This document shows positions 31,227 to 40,852 of a stretch of 47,743 nucleotides of DNA, piece after piece (position 1 is the stretch's first letter; each line of letters starts with the position of its first letter). Location: the NCBI GenBank assembly GCA_045589295.1, contig JAZNOU010000015.1:1-47743 (forward strand), written 5' to 3'. The position numbers were made by a program, and so were the translations under genes. The DNA comes from Clostridia bacterium. GTDB taxonomy: Bacteria > Bacillota > Clostridia > RGIG6154. The notes under the pieces were generated by a model that had not been told where the DNA came from, did not search any database, and saw only the letters and a program-made list of their open reading frames with translations.

Positions 31227-32435
31227 TCACCTCGCAGCCAGTTCTTTATATTTTTCAATTAACATCTCGCAGTATGTTTCCACCTCTAGTATGTTTTTAT
31301 TTTCATTTTTGCAGTTTTCTTTAAGGGTTTTATAATATTTGTCATCCTCAAAAATCTGCCTTAGTTTGAGCGCAATGCCCTCCGGCGAACAGTCGCTTAC
31401 AAGACTTCCTGTTTTGCCGTCTTTTACAAGCTCCGCCATTCCGCCTTTGTTCATAGTTACAACCGGAACACCCATACAATGTGCCTCAAGTATTGAGAGT
31501 GGACAGTTTTCGTAACATACAGACGGCAATAGTAAAACCTTTGCTTTTCTTATAAAATCAGTAAGGTTATCTCCGCTTAAAAATCCCACAAGTTTAACAT
31601 TTTCTATGTTTTTAAGTACATCTTCATCAGGACCGCTTCCTGCGACCATAAAATTATATTCAGGAACAAGCTCTGCTGTGCGGGCAATATACTCAACGCC
31701 CTTTTCCTTAGAAAGTCTTCCCACAAACGCAATATAGTTTTCAGGATTTTCTTCTGTTTTGCAAAATTGATTTTTATTTATAAAATTATGTATCGTATAA
31801 GTTTTGCCCTTATAAAACTTTTTTGCCGATAAAAGTTTGTTTTCCAAAAAAACACTAGGACAAACAAATAAATCAACCTTTTTGTATGTTTTTAAAAGCG
31901 AATAAAACTTTGATTCAATTACCCCTAAAACGCTTTTGACAGTTGATGAATGAATACATTTATTTTTAATGCAGTTAATATGCGATCCGTTTACACATTT
32001 TTCGCAAGGCTCATTTTTGTCAAAATTGTATAAAAGGTGATTTGGGCAAATCATCTGGTAATCGTGCACCGTCTGAACAACAGGAATTTTTCTTTTCTTT
32101 GCTCCATAAATAACAGAAGGTGTAAGTTGAAAATTTATGTTGTTTAAGTGGACAATATCAGGTTTAAATTCATCTATAACCTGAAGCATCTTCTTTTTTG
32201 CCTCAAAAGAATAAATAATTTTAAAAGGATACAAAAACCTTGCTATTCCTTTTGAGTGAAAGTCCATATTCGCAGTATACTTACCAGCGCGGTTTCCAAC
32301 TGTATTCTTTTCATCATACATTCCAAAATATTGAACCTCGTGGCCCATTTTTTCAAAGTGCTGTCCCAATGACAGCATATAGCTTTCACTGCCGCCTCTT
32401 GGGTACAAAAATTTATTTACCATCAAAATCTTCAT
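31227..32435 (-). CDS. Glycosyltransferase family 4
   Basis: RGGSE, HDYQMICPN, VGRLSKEKG, ENCPLSILEA (Ex7E). Confidence 0.93.
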   Translation of the reverse strand: MKILMVNKFLYPRGGSESYMLSLGQHFEKMGHEVQYFGMYDEKNTVGNRAGKYTANMDFHSKGIARFLYPFKIIYSFEAKKKMLQVIDEFKPDIVHLNNINFQLTPSVIYGAKKRKIPVVQTVHDYQMICPNHLLYNFDKNEPCEKCVNGSHINCIKNKCIHSSTVKSVLGVIESKFYSLLKTYKKVDLFVCPSVFLENKLLSAKKFYKGKTYTIHNFINKNQFCKTEENPENYIAFVGRLSKEKGVEYIARTAELVPEYNFMVAGSGPDEDVLKNIENVKLVGFLSGDNLTDFIRKAKVLLLPSVCYENCPLSILEAHCMGVPVVTMNKGGMAELVKDGKTGSLVSDCSPEGIALKLRQIFEDDKYYKTLKENCKNENKNILEVETYCEMLIEKYKELAAR

Positions 32436-33736
32436 AGCAGCAAGTCACGTTCCCTTTCTCTATTTTGCATTGAAATATAACCGAATATTTTATTTTCTTC
32501 CTCTCGTACACTTTCGTCAAATCCGTTACCCATCATAAGCATTGCAAGAACACCTGCAAGTAAAGGATAGTTCATCGTATTATCGGTTGTTGATACAATT
32601 ATAAGGTAAAGTGTAAGCATAAATGTAATAATGGCATTTTCCACTTTTCCTTTTCTGCCAAAATACCATACTCTGACTAAAGTCATTGATACAAGCCAGA
32701 TAATATACCCGCAAAAGCCCAGGTCAATAAAATGCTGAAGAAAATCGTTATGAACAGATGCAACACCAACATTCATAAATGTGTTTAACTGATAAGTTAA
32801 AAAGCCTATCCCGTTGCCCATAAATGTTGGAGTAAATTCGTAAAACTTATCAACCGCATTGTAAATTTCCACGCGTCCGCTTGTGTTTATTCCTGCTTCT
32901 TCCAAAAGTTCAAAAGTACCCGCCTTAATAACTGCGATATATCCGACAAGCAAAACAATTATTACAGTTGAAAAAAGTATAACAAGACGACTTGCGGTTT
33001 TTTTGTTGTATTTTGCAACAAATTTTAATAAATATCCAAATACTAATGCAATTGCAATCGCTATAATAGCAATTCTTTTAAATGCTGATAAAAAGCAAAA
33101 AAGACTAAGTGCAAGCAGAATAAAGTATGCTATATTTTTCTTCGGTTTAAAAAGCATATAAATCAGATACGCCCCTAAGCAAAACGCAAGCTCGTGAATT
33201 TCAGCCTGAACAATAATATCACCCGTTTCGCCTGCAAATGTGGTTATAAGTGTTATCAATTCAGCCATATAATTTCCAAATCCGTACTGTGCAACAATGG
33301 TTACAATCATTAAAAGATTTGCTGTTAAAATAGCAACAAGATTATACCACACACCCGCTTGGCCAAAAACATAAAGCATGGCCCCCGCAGCAAGTGCAAG
33401 TGAAAACATATTTGAATATATAAACGAACTTGAAAGTCCTCTTGAAATAACGCCCGTATCCACCGTCTGAACAAACCAAATAAAGAGCGAAACAACAGTT
33501 GTTACTCCTAAAGGAATGCTATAGACACATGCTGATTTAAACGCTGAACTCCCCCTTGCAATATTGGGGTTATATAAAAACAAAACTATTGCAGAAAAAG
33601 CAAGAACAAGTGCAAAGGCATGTCGGTATGTGACTTGCAAGCCAACATCAATGTATTCGTTCAAAAAATAATACATCATCACGGCTACAACCATAAAATA
33701 AAACATTTTAATCTTTTCAATGATTTTATTTTCCAA
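32432..33736 (-). CDS. O-antigen ligase / Wzy-like polymerase
   Basis: About 11-12 hydrophobic segments, SAFKR, SGR loop, GNGIG, HNDFLQ..DLG. Confidence 0.82.
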   Translation of the reverse strand: MENKIIEKIKMFYFMVVAVMMYYFLNEYIDVGLQVTYRHAFALVLAFSAIVLFLYNPNIARGSSAFKSACVYSIPLGVTTVVSLFIWFVQTVDTGVISRGLSSSFIYSNMFSLALAAGAMLYVFGQAGVWYNLVAILTANLLMIVTIVAQYGFGNYMAELITLITTFAGETGDIIVQAEIHELAFCLGAYLIYMLFKPKKNIAYFILLALSLFCFLSAFKRIAIIAIAIALVFGYLLKFVAKYNKKTASRLVILFSTVIIVLLVGYIAVIKAGTFELLEEAGINTSGRVEIYNAVDKFYEFTPTFMGNGIGFLTYQLNTFMNVGVASVHNDFLQHFIDLGFCGYIIWLVSMTLVRVWYFGRKGKVENAIITFMLTLYLIIVSTTDNTMNYPLLAGVLAMLMMGNGFDESVREEENKIFGYISMQNRERERDLLL

Positions 33737-33752
33737 CCGACCTGCCCTCCTT

Positions 33753-35621
33753 TTATAACAATTCGCTGTGGTCTTTTAAATCAGATATATATGTTTTTTT
33801 GTTTTTTATTGCTTCTGAAAGCAGTTTTCTTGCAGTTTTATTTTCTTTGAATGTTTCAGCCATACCTATTTTGTATTCAATCACAATATCTCTGTGATTT
33901 TCTCTGTCATCTAAACGAAGCTTAAACAATCGCATAATATCTTCTACCGTAATGTAATCTGAGTTTTCTGTAAGTATTACAAAGCTTCCGTTACCGTTAT
34001 AAATAAACTCAGCTTTTGTTTTACCAAATGCCTCTTTGATATATGCTGTAAACATTTTAATAATTGCATCTCCGACATCTCTTGAATACTCTGCGTTTAA
34101 GTGTGCAAGATTTTGTATGTCTACCATACAATACACAACTCCGTCATCAAGAAACTTTTTATCTTTGGTTTTAAGATATTTGTCAAAATATGCTCTGTTA
34201 TTGAAGCCTGTAAGGTGATCTGTGTAGAAGATATAGTTTATAATATCACCCAATCTGCCTAAAACAATTGCGCTTCCGCAACAAAGAACAACAAGGAACA
34301 AAAATGCAATTATAGTATAAAGCGTAACATTAATACTTTCCCTTACAGAAGCCGACGACAATACAGAAATATAAGTGGCGCCAAGATACTCATTGTATTC
34401 ATCATTGGTTTTGGTAGTTATATCATAAAGAGATGTAAGTTTCTTTACCAAAGCATCAATTTCTTGTTCAATTTCCTGTTTCATATTGCCGTATTCAGGA
34501 TTATAAAGTTCAGTGCATGTTAAATTTGAACCTATACAACTGCCGTCGCAATTTCCCGTACAGTTGTTAAAAGTATCAATAACATACCTGCAATACGCAG
34601 AATCAATAACAGCATGCTCTTTGCTTTCTCTGTGATTTTTCCAGCTATAAATAAGTTCATCATACGTTACAGTCTGGTCACCAACATAATCCTGAACATT
34701 TCTTTCGTGGAGATTATCCAATATGTACTCATAGCTTATATTGGTATTTCCTGATTCTCTCATTTTGGTAACATACGCATCTATTACTGTAACAATGTCT
34801 TCAACAATACTGTCATCTTTTGTATTTGAAATGTTATTGCTGTCTATTCTTGTTGTATAGTCTGAAATAAGTACTGATTTGTTTTTAGTAATCTGATTTT
34901 TATAAATTTTTGAAAAGAGTGCAGAAACGTTTACCTGTCTTAAATAGTTAAATTCATCTGCAAGGTCACTGAATGATATTCCTGTCTGTGTTGACCTGTA
35001 ATAATTATTTTGATCTATTCTCTGATACAATGTAGTTAACGTGCTGTCAATACTTGTATCAATCATTTCCATCATTTCAATATAATCGTAATCACCTTTA
35101 TTAAGATTTGCAATAGTATTATTTGCTGGTGCTACATTAACGTACTTCTGGCTAAACTGGGCAAAATAAACATCAAGTGTTTCATCAAGTATGGTTCTTG
35201 CAAAATCTGCTCCCTCGCCGCTTGTTGCTGTAAAGGAAATGATATATGTACTTGGCTCATATATATACTCTTCGCCCTCTTCCAGCTTAGCATCTTTTTG
35301 CGCTACCTTATCCTTGTCCTCTATAGGTGTTATGTCTATTCTAGAAATAAGATTATCAACCGAATAAATGCCCGTCAGTCCCATTTTATCAACAACTTTT
35401 GACATAACTGCAGAAGACTTGATTTCATTAACATCTAGCTTATCACCAGTGGGGGCAAGCCCTTTTTCCGCCTGTTCATCATTATAGTGGATAACTTCGG
35501 ATGCAATAAATGTATTTGATGTAGAAAGTTTAAAGTAAATAGCATATGTTGCTAAAAGGCAAAAAACAATTATCAGCGGCAAAAGTTTTCTTAAATATCT
35601 AAACATTTGAAAATTCTTCAT
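33753..35621 (-). CDS. Polysaccharide copolymerase-like membrane protein fused to a degenerate GGDEF domain
   Basis: TM - large helical loop (EIKSSAVMSKVV) - TM, then YTDHLTGFNNRAYF...MVDIQNL..LN..Y...GD..I...YNGNGSF. Confidence 0.75.
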   Translation of the reverse strand: MKNFQMFRYLRKLLPLIIVFCLLATYAIYFKLSTSNTFIASEVIHYNDEQAEKGLAPTGDKLDVNEIKSSAVMSKVVDKMGLTGIYSVDNLISRIDITPIEDKDKVAQKDAKLEEGEEYIYEPSTYIISFTATSGEGADFARTILDETLDVYFAQFSQKYVNVAPANNTIANLNKGDYDYIEMMEMIDTSIDSTLTTLYQRIDQNNYYRSTQTGISFSDLADEFNYLRQVNVSALFSKIYKNQITKNKSVLISDYTTRIDSNNISNTKDDSIVEDIVTVIDAYVTKMRESGNTNISYEYILDNLHERNVQDYVGDQTVTYDELIYSWKNHRESKEHAVIDSAYCRYVIDTFNNCTGNCDGSCIGSNLTCTELYNPEYGNMKQEIEQEIDALVKKLTSLYDITTKTNDEYNEYLGATYISVLSSASVRESINVTLYTIIAFLFLVVLCCGSAIVLGRLGDIINYIFYTDHLTGFNNRAYFDKYLKTKDKKFLDDGVVYCMVDIQNLAHLNAEYSRDVGDAIIKMFTAYIKEAFGKTKAEFIYNGNGSFVILTENSDYITVEDIMRLFKLRLDDRENHRDIVIEYKIGMAETFKENKTARKLLSEAIKNKKTYISDLKDHSELL

Positions 35622-35642
35622 CTTTTTCCTCCCTAAATAATT

Positions 35643-36998
35643 TTATGCCTTTTTCGGAAATTTCTTTGATATGGCAAACAGCACAAGAGCTATATATACA
35701 AACACTGCAAACAAAGCAATTGTCTTAAGCTCATTCATAAGTGAAATTCCATAAATAGTTACCGCGATACACTGATTCATTCTGTAGTTAGAATACTCTC
35801 TTCCCGCATTTACTGCCTCTTTTTCAAAGCCTTTGATACTTTCGTAGATGGATTCAATCAGCTTGTCGGCCTCCTGATAAACCCGCTCTGACGAACTCGC
35901 CTGGCTTATCTTTCCTATTATAAGATTATTATCCATAATTTCTTTTTCATTTGATGCTACATAATTACTGAAATCAGCTGCCTGAACAGACAATTCATCA
36001 ACACCGACTTTAGTTCTGCCCATATAGTACTTGCCTGACTGATCCCATGTAGGGACAAGCACAATTCTTGTCATTTCTTCGCTATACATATCAACCGCCT
36101 GATTGCAAAGGTTAAATGATATCTGATTTTTCTGACGGTCAAAATCAACGTTTTTATTCTGGTATGAAAGTCTTTCAATATAGTTGTTTTGCTTCCTTAC
36201 AATTCCATTTTGCAAAATAAGTGACCTTAAATTCTGATTTATCTGTGTTTCTTTAAACTGATACACCTTTCCTGCAATAGCATTAAATGTGTTGTTGCTT
36301 TGAGTAACAAAACTTGAGTTTTTCTCTGCCATTCCGTACAAATAATTTAAAATGGCCGTTGTTTCTTTGTCAAAATACGATACTATGTCCATATATTCCA
36401 TATTTTCAAAATCTGGTTTTTCAGAATCAAGGCTGAAATTATCTGTATATTTTTCTATGTAATACTCTTTATAAGCTGTTGTAATAAGCTTGATAACATT
36501 TTCAGTATCAAGATGTGCAGTATGCTTTGAAGCGTGATATTCTACTGCAAACTCTGTTGAAATATGGTACTGCGATTCATCTCCTACACCGCCCTGTACA
36601 CATGGATACACCGAAAGACAGTTTTTAAGTTGTTTTACAGTTACGTTTTCCAATGCACCTTTTTTTATGGCTCTTTCAACAACCTCGTCACATATTATTT
36701 CTGCCATATTATATCTGGTGCCATTTGAATTTTGCGCTTGTGACGCTTCAGAATAATTAAGAGAAATAACCGCATGAACCGATTTTTTCATATCAATATG
36801 ATTAAGCACCCCAAACACTGCCGTAAAAACAAAGCACACTATCACTGTCCATAGGCTGAAATACTCTGCAGTTTTAAAAATCCTTTTAAACTCTGTACGG
36901 TTTACGTTTTTGGAACGAAAATATATTATAGCGGCTGATATAATAAACAGCGCGCCGATAATTAACACCGGTATTTTTTTAAGAATTGCCGTATACAT
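35643..36998 (-). CDS. Second copolymerase-like membrane protein, paralogous to the extracellular part of its neighbour
   Basis: Two N-terminal TMs, large loop, C-terminal TM; shares co-linear motifs with the 33753-35621 protein. Confidence 0.65.
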   Translation of the reverse strand: MYTAILKKIPVLIIGALFIISAAIIYFRSKNVNRTEFKRIFKTAEYFSLWTVIVCFVFTAVFGVLNHIDMKKSVHAVISLNYSEASQAQNSNGTRYNMAEIICDEVVERAIKKGALENVTVKQLKNCLSVYPCVQGGVGDESQYHISTEFAVEYHASKHTAHLDTENVIKLITTAYKEYYIEKYTDNFSLDSEKPDFENMEYMDIVSYFDKETTAILNYLYGMAEKNSSFVTQSNNTFNAIAGKVYQFKETQINQNLRSLILQNGIVRKQNNYIERLSYQNKNVDFDRQKNQISFNLCNQAVDMYSEEMTRIVLVPTWDQSGKYYMGRTKVGVDELSVQAADFSNYVASNEKEIMDNNLIIGKISQASSSERVYQEADKLIESIYESIKGFEKEAVNAGREYSNYRMNQCIAVTIYGISLMNELKTIALFAVFVYIALVLFAISKKFPKKA

Positions 36999-37018
36999 TT
37001 TTTATCTTCCTCGCCAAA

Positions 37019-38245
37019 TTAAAATTTGTTAATATCAATAATAACCAGTTCAGGCTGATTATTTATGCGCAAAATATTTTTGTTTTCAAGTCCCGAACTT
37101 ACAATAAGCGGTTTGCCAGCAACATCGTATCTTCCATATACAAAATTGTCATTTCTTTCTGGGAACAGGCCGCCCTCGTGAGTATACAAAGGTCCGAGCA
37201 CAGGGACACGAATTTCTCCCCCGTGAGTATGACCACATACCATTAAATCTCCCCAAAACTCAGGGTTAAACTCTTCAAAAATAAATGGTTCATGAACTGC
37301 TGTAATTTTAAGATTGTCTGTATTTTCATAAATATAATTTGCAAAGCTTTTTTCGGTGTATGACCAAAAAGCTGAAGGATTTGATGTCAAAACTCCGTAT
37401 ATGTCAACATTTGTATTTCCTACCTTTATGGTATCTTGCTGGTTTTTCAAAACTTTTATTCCGGATTTTTCAAGTCTTTGCGCAAACTCATCCGCTACAT
37501 TAAGCAGTTTTGTTTCATCGCGGTTTGCCTTGTTAAATCCAAACTTTTTATCAAGTTCTGTTTCATTAAGTTTAAAATCAAATATGGTTTCTGCCTCATT
37601 ATTCCCGTATATATAATAACAAGGCGCGATTTTTGACAATTTGCTTCCAAGATTAACTGCATAATGAACATCATTTTTTGCTGAGTCTACAATGTCGCCG
37701 GTGCATATTATAACGTCAGGTGCCAGTTTTTCCACACGCTCAATAAGTTTATGGTTATCCTTGCCGTATAAACTGCCGTGCAAATCAGATATATGAACAA
37801 CTCTTATGCTGTTGTTAACCTTAAGGCTGCTCACACTGTAAAATGATTCCCTGAAATTTCTGTTTCCTATATAGTTGCACAGGATAACTATAATAACAGT
37901 TGCTATCAGCACAAAAATTATTCCCGCAAACAAAAAGCGAGCGGCTTTTATGTTTTTTTGAACCTTAGGGCTTAGCTGGATTGTTTTCTTCTTTTTCTTG
38001 CGTATTTTAAATTTTTTTCTATATCCTGCAACAGAACAAATGCATGACCACAAAACCTGTTTGCACTCTTTTTTGAATTCCTTAATGTCCTGCTCGCCGT
38101 AATAAGCCAGTACAACACGATTGTCGCTGATTTCTTCAATTTCAAAGGTGCCTTCCCACTCATTGTAAAACTCTTGCGATACTGACTCTTTAAAAAGCTC
38201 CTTTATTTGTTCCTGCAACTTTTCCAATTCATTGATATATTCCAT
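37019..38245 (-). CDS. Membrane-anchored calcineurin-like metallophosphoesterase with extra N-terminal domain
   Basis: HISDLH, TGD, GNNE, HEP, GHTHGG; one TM at about aa 104-125. Confidence 0.88.
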   Translation of the reverse strand: MEYINELEKLQEQIKELFKESVSQEFYNEWEGTFEIEEISDNRVVLAYYGEQDIKEFKKECKQVLWSCICSVAGYRKKFKIRKKKKKTIQLSPKVQKNIKAARFLFAGIIFVLIATVIIVILCNYIGNRNFRESFYSVSSLKVNNSIRVVHISDLHGSLYGKDNHKLIERVEKLAPDVIICTGDIVDSAKNDVHYAVNLGSKLSKIAPCYYIYGNNEAETIFDFKLNETELDKKFGFNKANRDETKLLNVADEFAQRLEKSGIKVLKNQQDTIKVGNTNVDIYGVLTSNPSAFWSYTEKSFANYIYENTDNLKITAVHEPFIFEEFNPEFWGDLMVCGHTHGGEIRVPVLGPLYTHEGGLFPERNDNFVYGRYDVAGKPLIVSSGLENKNILRINNQPELVIIDINKF

Positions 38246-38263
38246 ATTTAATTAACCTTTCAC

Positions 38264-39382
38264 TCACATTTTATAAAGTTTGCAAGTAAGCTCGACAACT
38301 TCCTGCCAGCTATATTTATTTAAAATAAATTCGTCTACCCCATCTCTGAGTTTTTCTACCATATCTTTGTCATCACACATAGCCTGAAGCTTTTGTGCGA
38401 GGTCCTGTATATCACCTTTTTTAAAATACATTGCTCTATCTTCTGCAACTGATGTATTTTCAGGAATGTCCGAACACAAAAGTGCTGTTCTGTAGGCAAG
38501 CGACTCCAAAAGACTTAAAGACATGCCCTCAAGATCAGACGGCAGTGCTGTTATATAGGCATTTGAATATATTTCGTTTAATGTATCGCCTGATATAAAT
38601 CCCGTAAAAATTATATTAGGATTGCCGTCTGCTTTTTCTTTAAGCATTTTTACATAATCGTCGGTATCACTGGTATCTCCTGCTATAACAAGCTTTTTAT
38701 CTGTTTTTACCTGCTTATATGCATCTATAAGATAGTGAATACCTTTTTCTGCGGTAAGTCTTGACACAATACTAATATATTGGTCTTTTTCAAGTCCGTA
38801 TTTTTCTTTAATAATCTCGGCCTCTTTACGCGAAGGTCTGCTTATGCCATTGTGAATAATAACAGCCTCGCGGTTATATGTTTCTTTAAAGTAGTCATAA
38901 GCTGCCTGACTTAATACAATAATTTCATCAGCATATCTGGCAAGTACTTTTTCACCAAATTTTATGTACTTTGAGGCAAACCCCTTGCCCCACTTCTCTC
39001 TCTGCCAATCAAGTCCGTGAACTGTTGCAACACATTTTTTGCCAAAAAGTTTAGGAATCCACAATGCAGCACAAGGACCTTCTGCATGAAAATGAACAAC
39101 GTCATAATCTTTAAATGATGCCGCTATTGCCGCAGTAAAGGATGCAATCATCGCAGCAACACCTTTTACATTCAGCGTCCACGCGTTTTTGATTTTTACA
39201 CCTTTATACATATTGTCCACAACGGTTCCAAGGTACTCGTTTTCCACTTTATCAGTTGAACGGTTGTAGCAAGTAACTTCATGCCCTGCTTCAACCAACA
39301 AAGGACATAAAGTGGTAAGAACATTTTCTATTCCGCCTCTTCTAGATGGAACAACCTTATGTCCAATCATAGCAACTTTCAT
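38264..39382 (-). CDS. Glycosyltransferase family 4
   Basis: GGIE, HFHAEGP, VHGLDW, SRLTAEKG, EGMSLSLLES. Confidence 0.93.
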   Translation of the reverse strand: MKVAMIGHKVVPSRRGGIENVLTTLCPLLVEAGHEVTCYNRSTDKVENEYLGTVVDNMYKGVKIKNAWTLNVKGVAAMIASFTAAIAASFKDYDVVHFHAEGPCAALWIPKLFGKKCVATVHGLDWQREKWGKGFASKYIKFGEKVLARYADEIIVLSQAAYDYFKETYNREAVIIHNGISRPSRKEAEIIKEKYGLEKDQYISIVSRLTAEKGIHYLIDAYKQVKTDKKLVIAGDTSDTDDYVKMLKEKADGNPNIIFTGFISGDTLNEIYSNAYITALPSDLEGMSLSLLESLAYRTALLCSDIPENTSVAEDRAMYFKKGDIQDLAQKLQAMCDDKDMVEKLRDGVDEFILNKYSWQEVVELTCKLYKM

Positions 39383-39404
39383 CTTTTCAACTCCAATTTT
39401 AAAG

Positions 39405-40085
39405 TTATCTGCCGGTAGCTGTAAGCATAACTATCGGTGTTTTTAGCATAATTTTTATATCGTTAAGATATGTTCTTGTCTGTATGTACTCAATATCCAT
39501 TTCAACCCACTGTTCAAACGGAACATCATTTCGGTTTTCATGAATCTGCCACGTGCATGTGATGCCAGGTGTAACCAAAAGTCTGAGTTTCTGATAATCG
39601 GTGTAAAATTCAACCTCTCTTGGAAGCGGAGGCCTTGGGCCTACCAAAGTCATATCTCCTTTAAGCACATTAAAAAACTGCATAAGCTCGTCAAGAGAAA
39701 CCTTTCGTAAAAACTTACCTATTCTTGTTATGCGCGGGTCATCTTTAATCTTAAAAACAGGACCATCCATTTCGTTTTGTTTTGCAAGTTCTTCTATCAT
39801 TTTATCTGCATTGGCACACATTGTTCTGAACTTATACATATAAAATTCTTTACCATGACGTCCTACTCTTATTTGTTTATATAATGGACCTGCGCTTGGG
39901 TCATCAATCACAATTACAATTGCAATAATCGCCATAAGAGGCAAAAAAAACAATAAAATCAATGTCGCAAAAAATATATCAAAAAGTCGTTTCTTTTTCC
40001 AATATGATGCATACGACTTTTCAATAATAGCCTCTAATTTTATTCTTGTTTTTTCATCCACTTTTTCTTGATGAATATATGGCAT
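39405..40085 (-). CDS. Priming polyprenyl-phosphate sugar phosphotransferase (small monotopic type)
   Basis: KRLFDI, YKFRTM, DDPRIT..GKFLRK.SLDEL, LVGPRP, PGITC.WQ. Confidence 0.95.
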   Translation of the reverse strand: MPYIHQEKVDEKTRIKLEAIIEKSYASYWKKKRLFDIFFATLILLFFLPLMAIIAIVIVIDDPSAGPLYKQIRVGRHGKEFYMYKFRTMCANADKMIEELAKQNEMDGPVFKIKDDPRITRIGKFLRKVSLDELMQFFNVLKGDMTLVGPRPPLPREVEFYTDYQKLRLLVTPGITCTWQIHENRNDVPFEQWVEMDIEYIQTRTYLNDIKIMLKTPIVMLTATGR

Positions 40086-40117
40086 TGTTCACACTTCTTT
40101 CATTGACTTTTATTTGT

Positions 40118-40852
40118 TTACCACTCAAACCATTTGCACCTGTGTAAAAGCTTTCCGTACAACTTTTCATAAAGCTTTACGCCTATTATCCGTTTAACAA
40201 ACGTTGTACGCTTGCTTGTTTTGGAAGTCCACGACGCGCAAAAATGATGTATTGAATAAGTATTTTTTGTTATTACCTTTTTACCAGTATAATATTTCAT
40301 AGGACACAGATAGTCTTCCGGAAGCATCTGTATTCCCATAAAAACCTGCTCCCTGTTGTTTATGTCAAGCCCAAGTTTTACCATTGTTTGTGTGTTCCTG
40401 TCCGGGCAAGGCAACAAATCATATGTACCGTCATCACGCAAAAACGGTATGTCGTCATAATCCTTTAAAATTGCGCCCACAAGTTCATTGCCCTTTTCGC
40501 AGGCAAATCCAAGTCCCGTTGAAATAATTCCGTTATCGTCAAATCCCATATACCCGCCTTTTTCAACAAGCTTGTCAATAGGTTTTATAATTTCAACGTC
40601 GGTATCGAGGTAAATTCCACCCTCATCATATAGAACTTTAAGCCTTACGTAGTCACTTACAAATGCCCACTTACCAGCCTCGTATGCTTCTTTTGCATAC
40701 CTATTCTGATTTATGTCAAAATTTCCCTCATTCCAACACACTATTTTGTAGTCAGGGCAAAATTTCTGCCAGCTTTTAATACATTTTTTTGCAAGCTTTG
40801 GCATTTTACCTTTGCCAAACCAGCAATAATGAATTACCTTTGGAATGCTCAT
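40118..40852 (-). CDS. Glycosyltransferase family 32 (DXD sugar-binding type)
   Basis: IPKVIHYCWFG, AFVSDYVRL, GGIYLDTDVE, IHHF.ASW. Confidence 0.92.
   Translation of the reverse strand: MSIPKVIHYCWFGKGKMPKLAKKCIKSWQKFCPDYKIVCWNEGNFDINQNRYAKEAYEAGKWAFVSDYVRLKVLYDEGGIYLDTDVEIIKPIDKLVEKGGYMGFDDNGIISTGLGFACEKGNELVGAILKDYDDIPFLRDDGTYDLLPCPDRNTQTMVKLGLDINNREQVFMGIQMLPEDYLCPMKYYTGKKVITKNTYSIHHFCASWTSKTSKRTTFVKRIIGVKLYEKLYGKLLHRCKWFEW

Noticed and set aside
26683-39382. Gram-positive Pel (pelDEAFG) operon
   Set aside because: The GGDEF protein lacks GAF and RxxD, no PelA or PelG-like gene is recognisable, and the priming transferase plus flippase indicate a Wzx/Wzy pathway.
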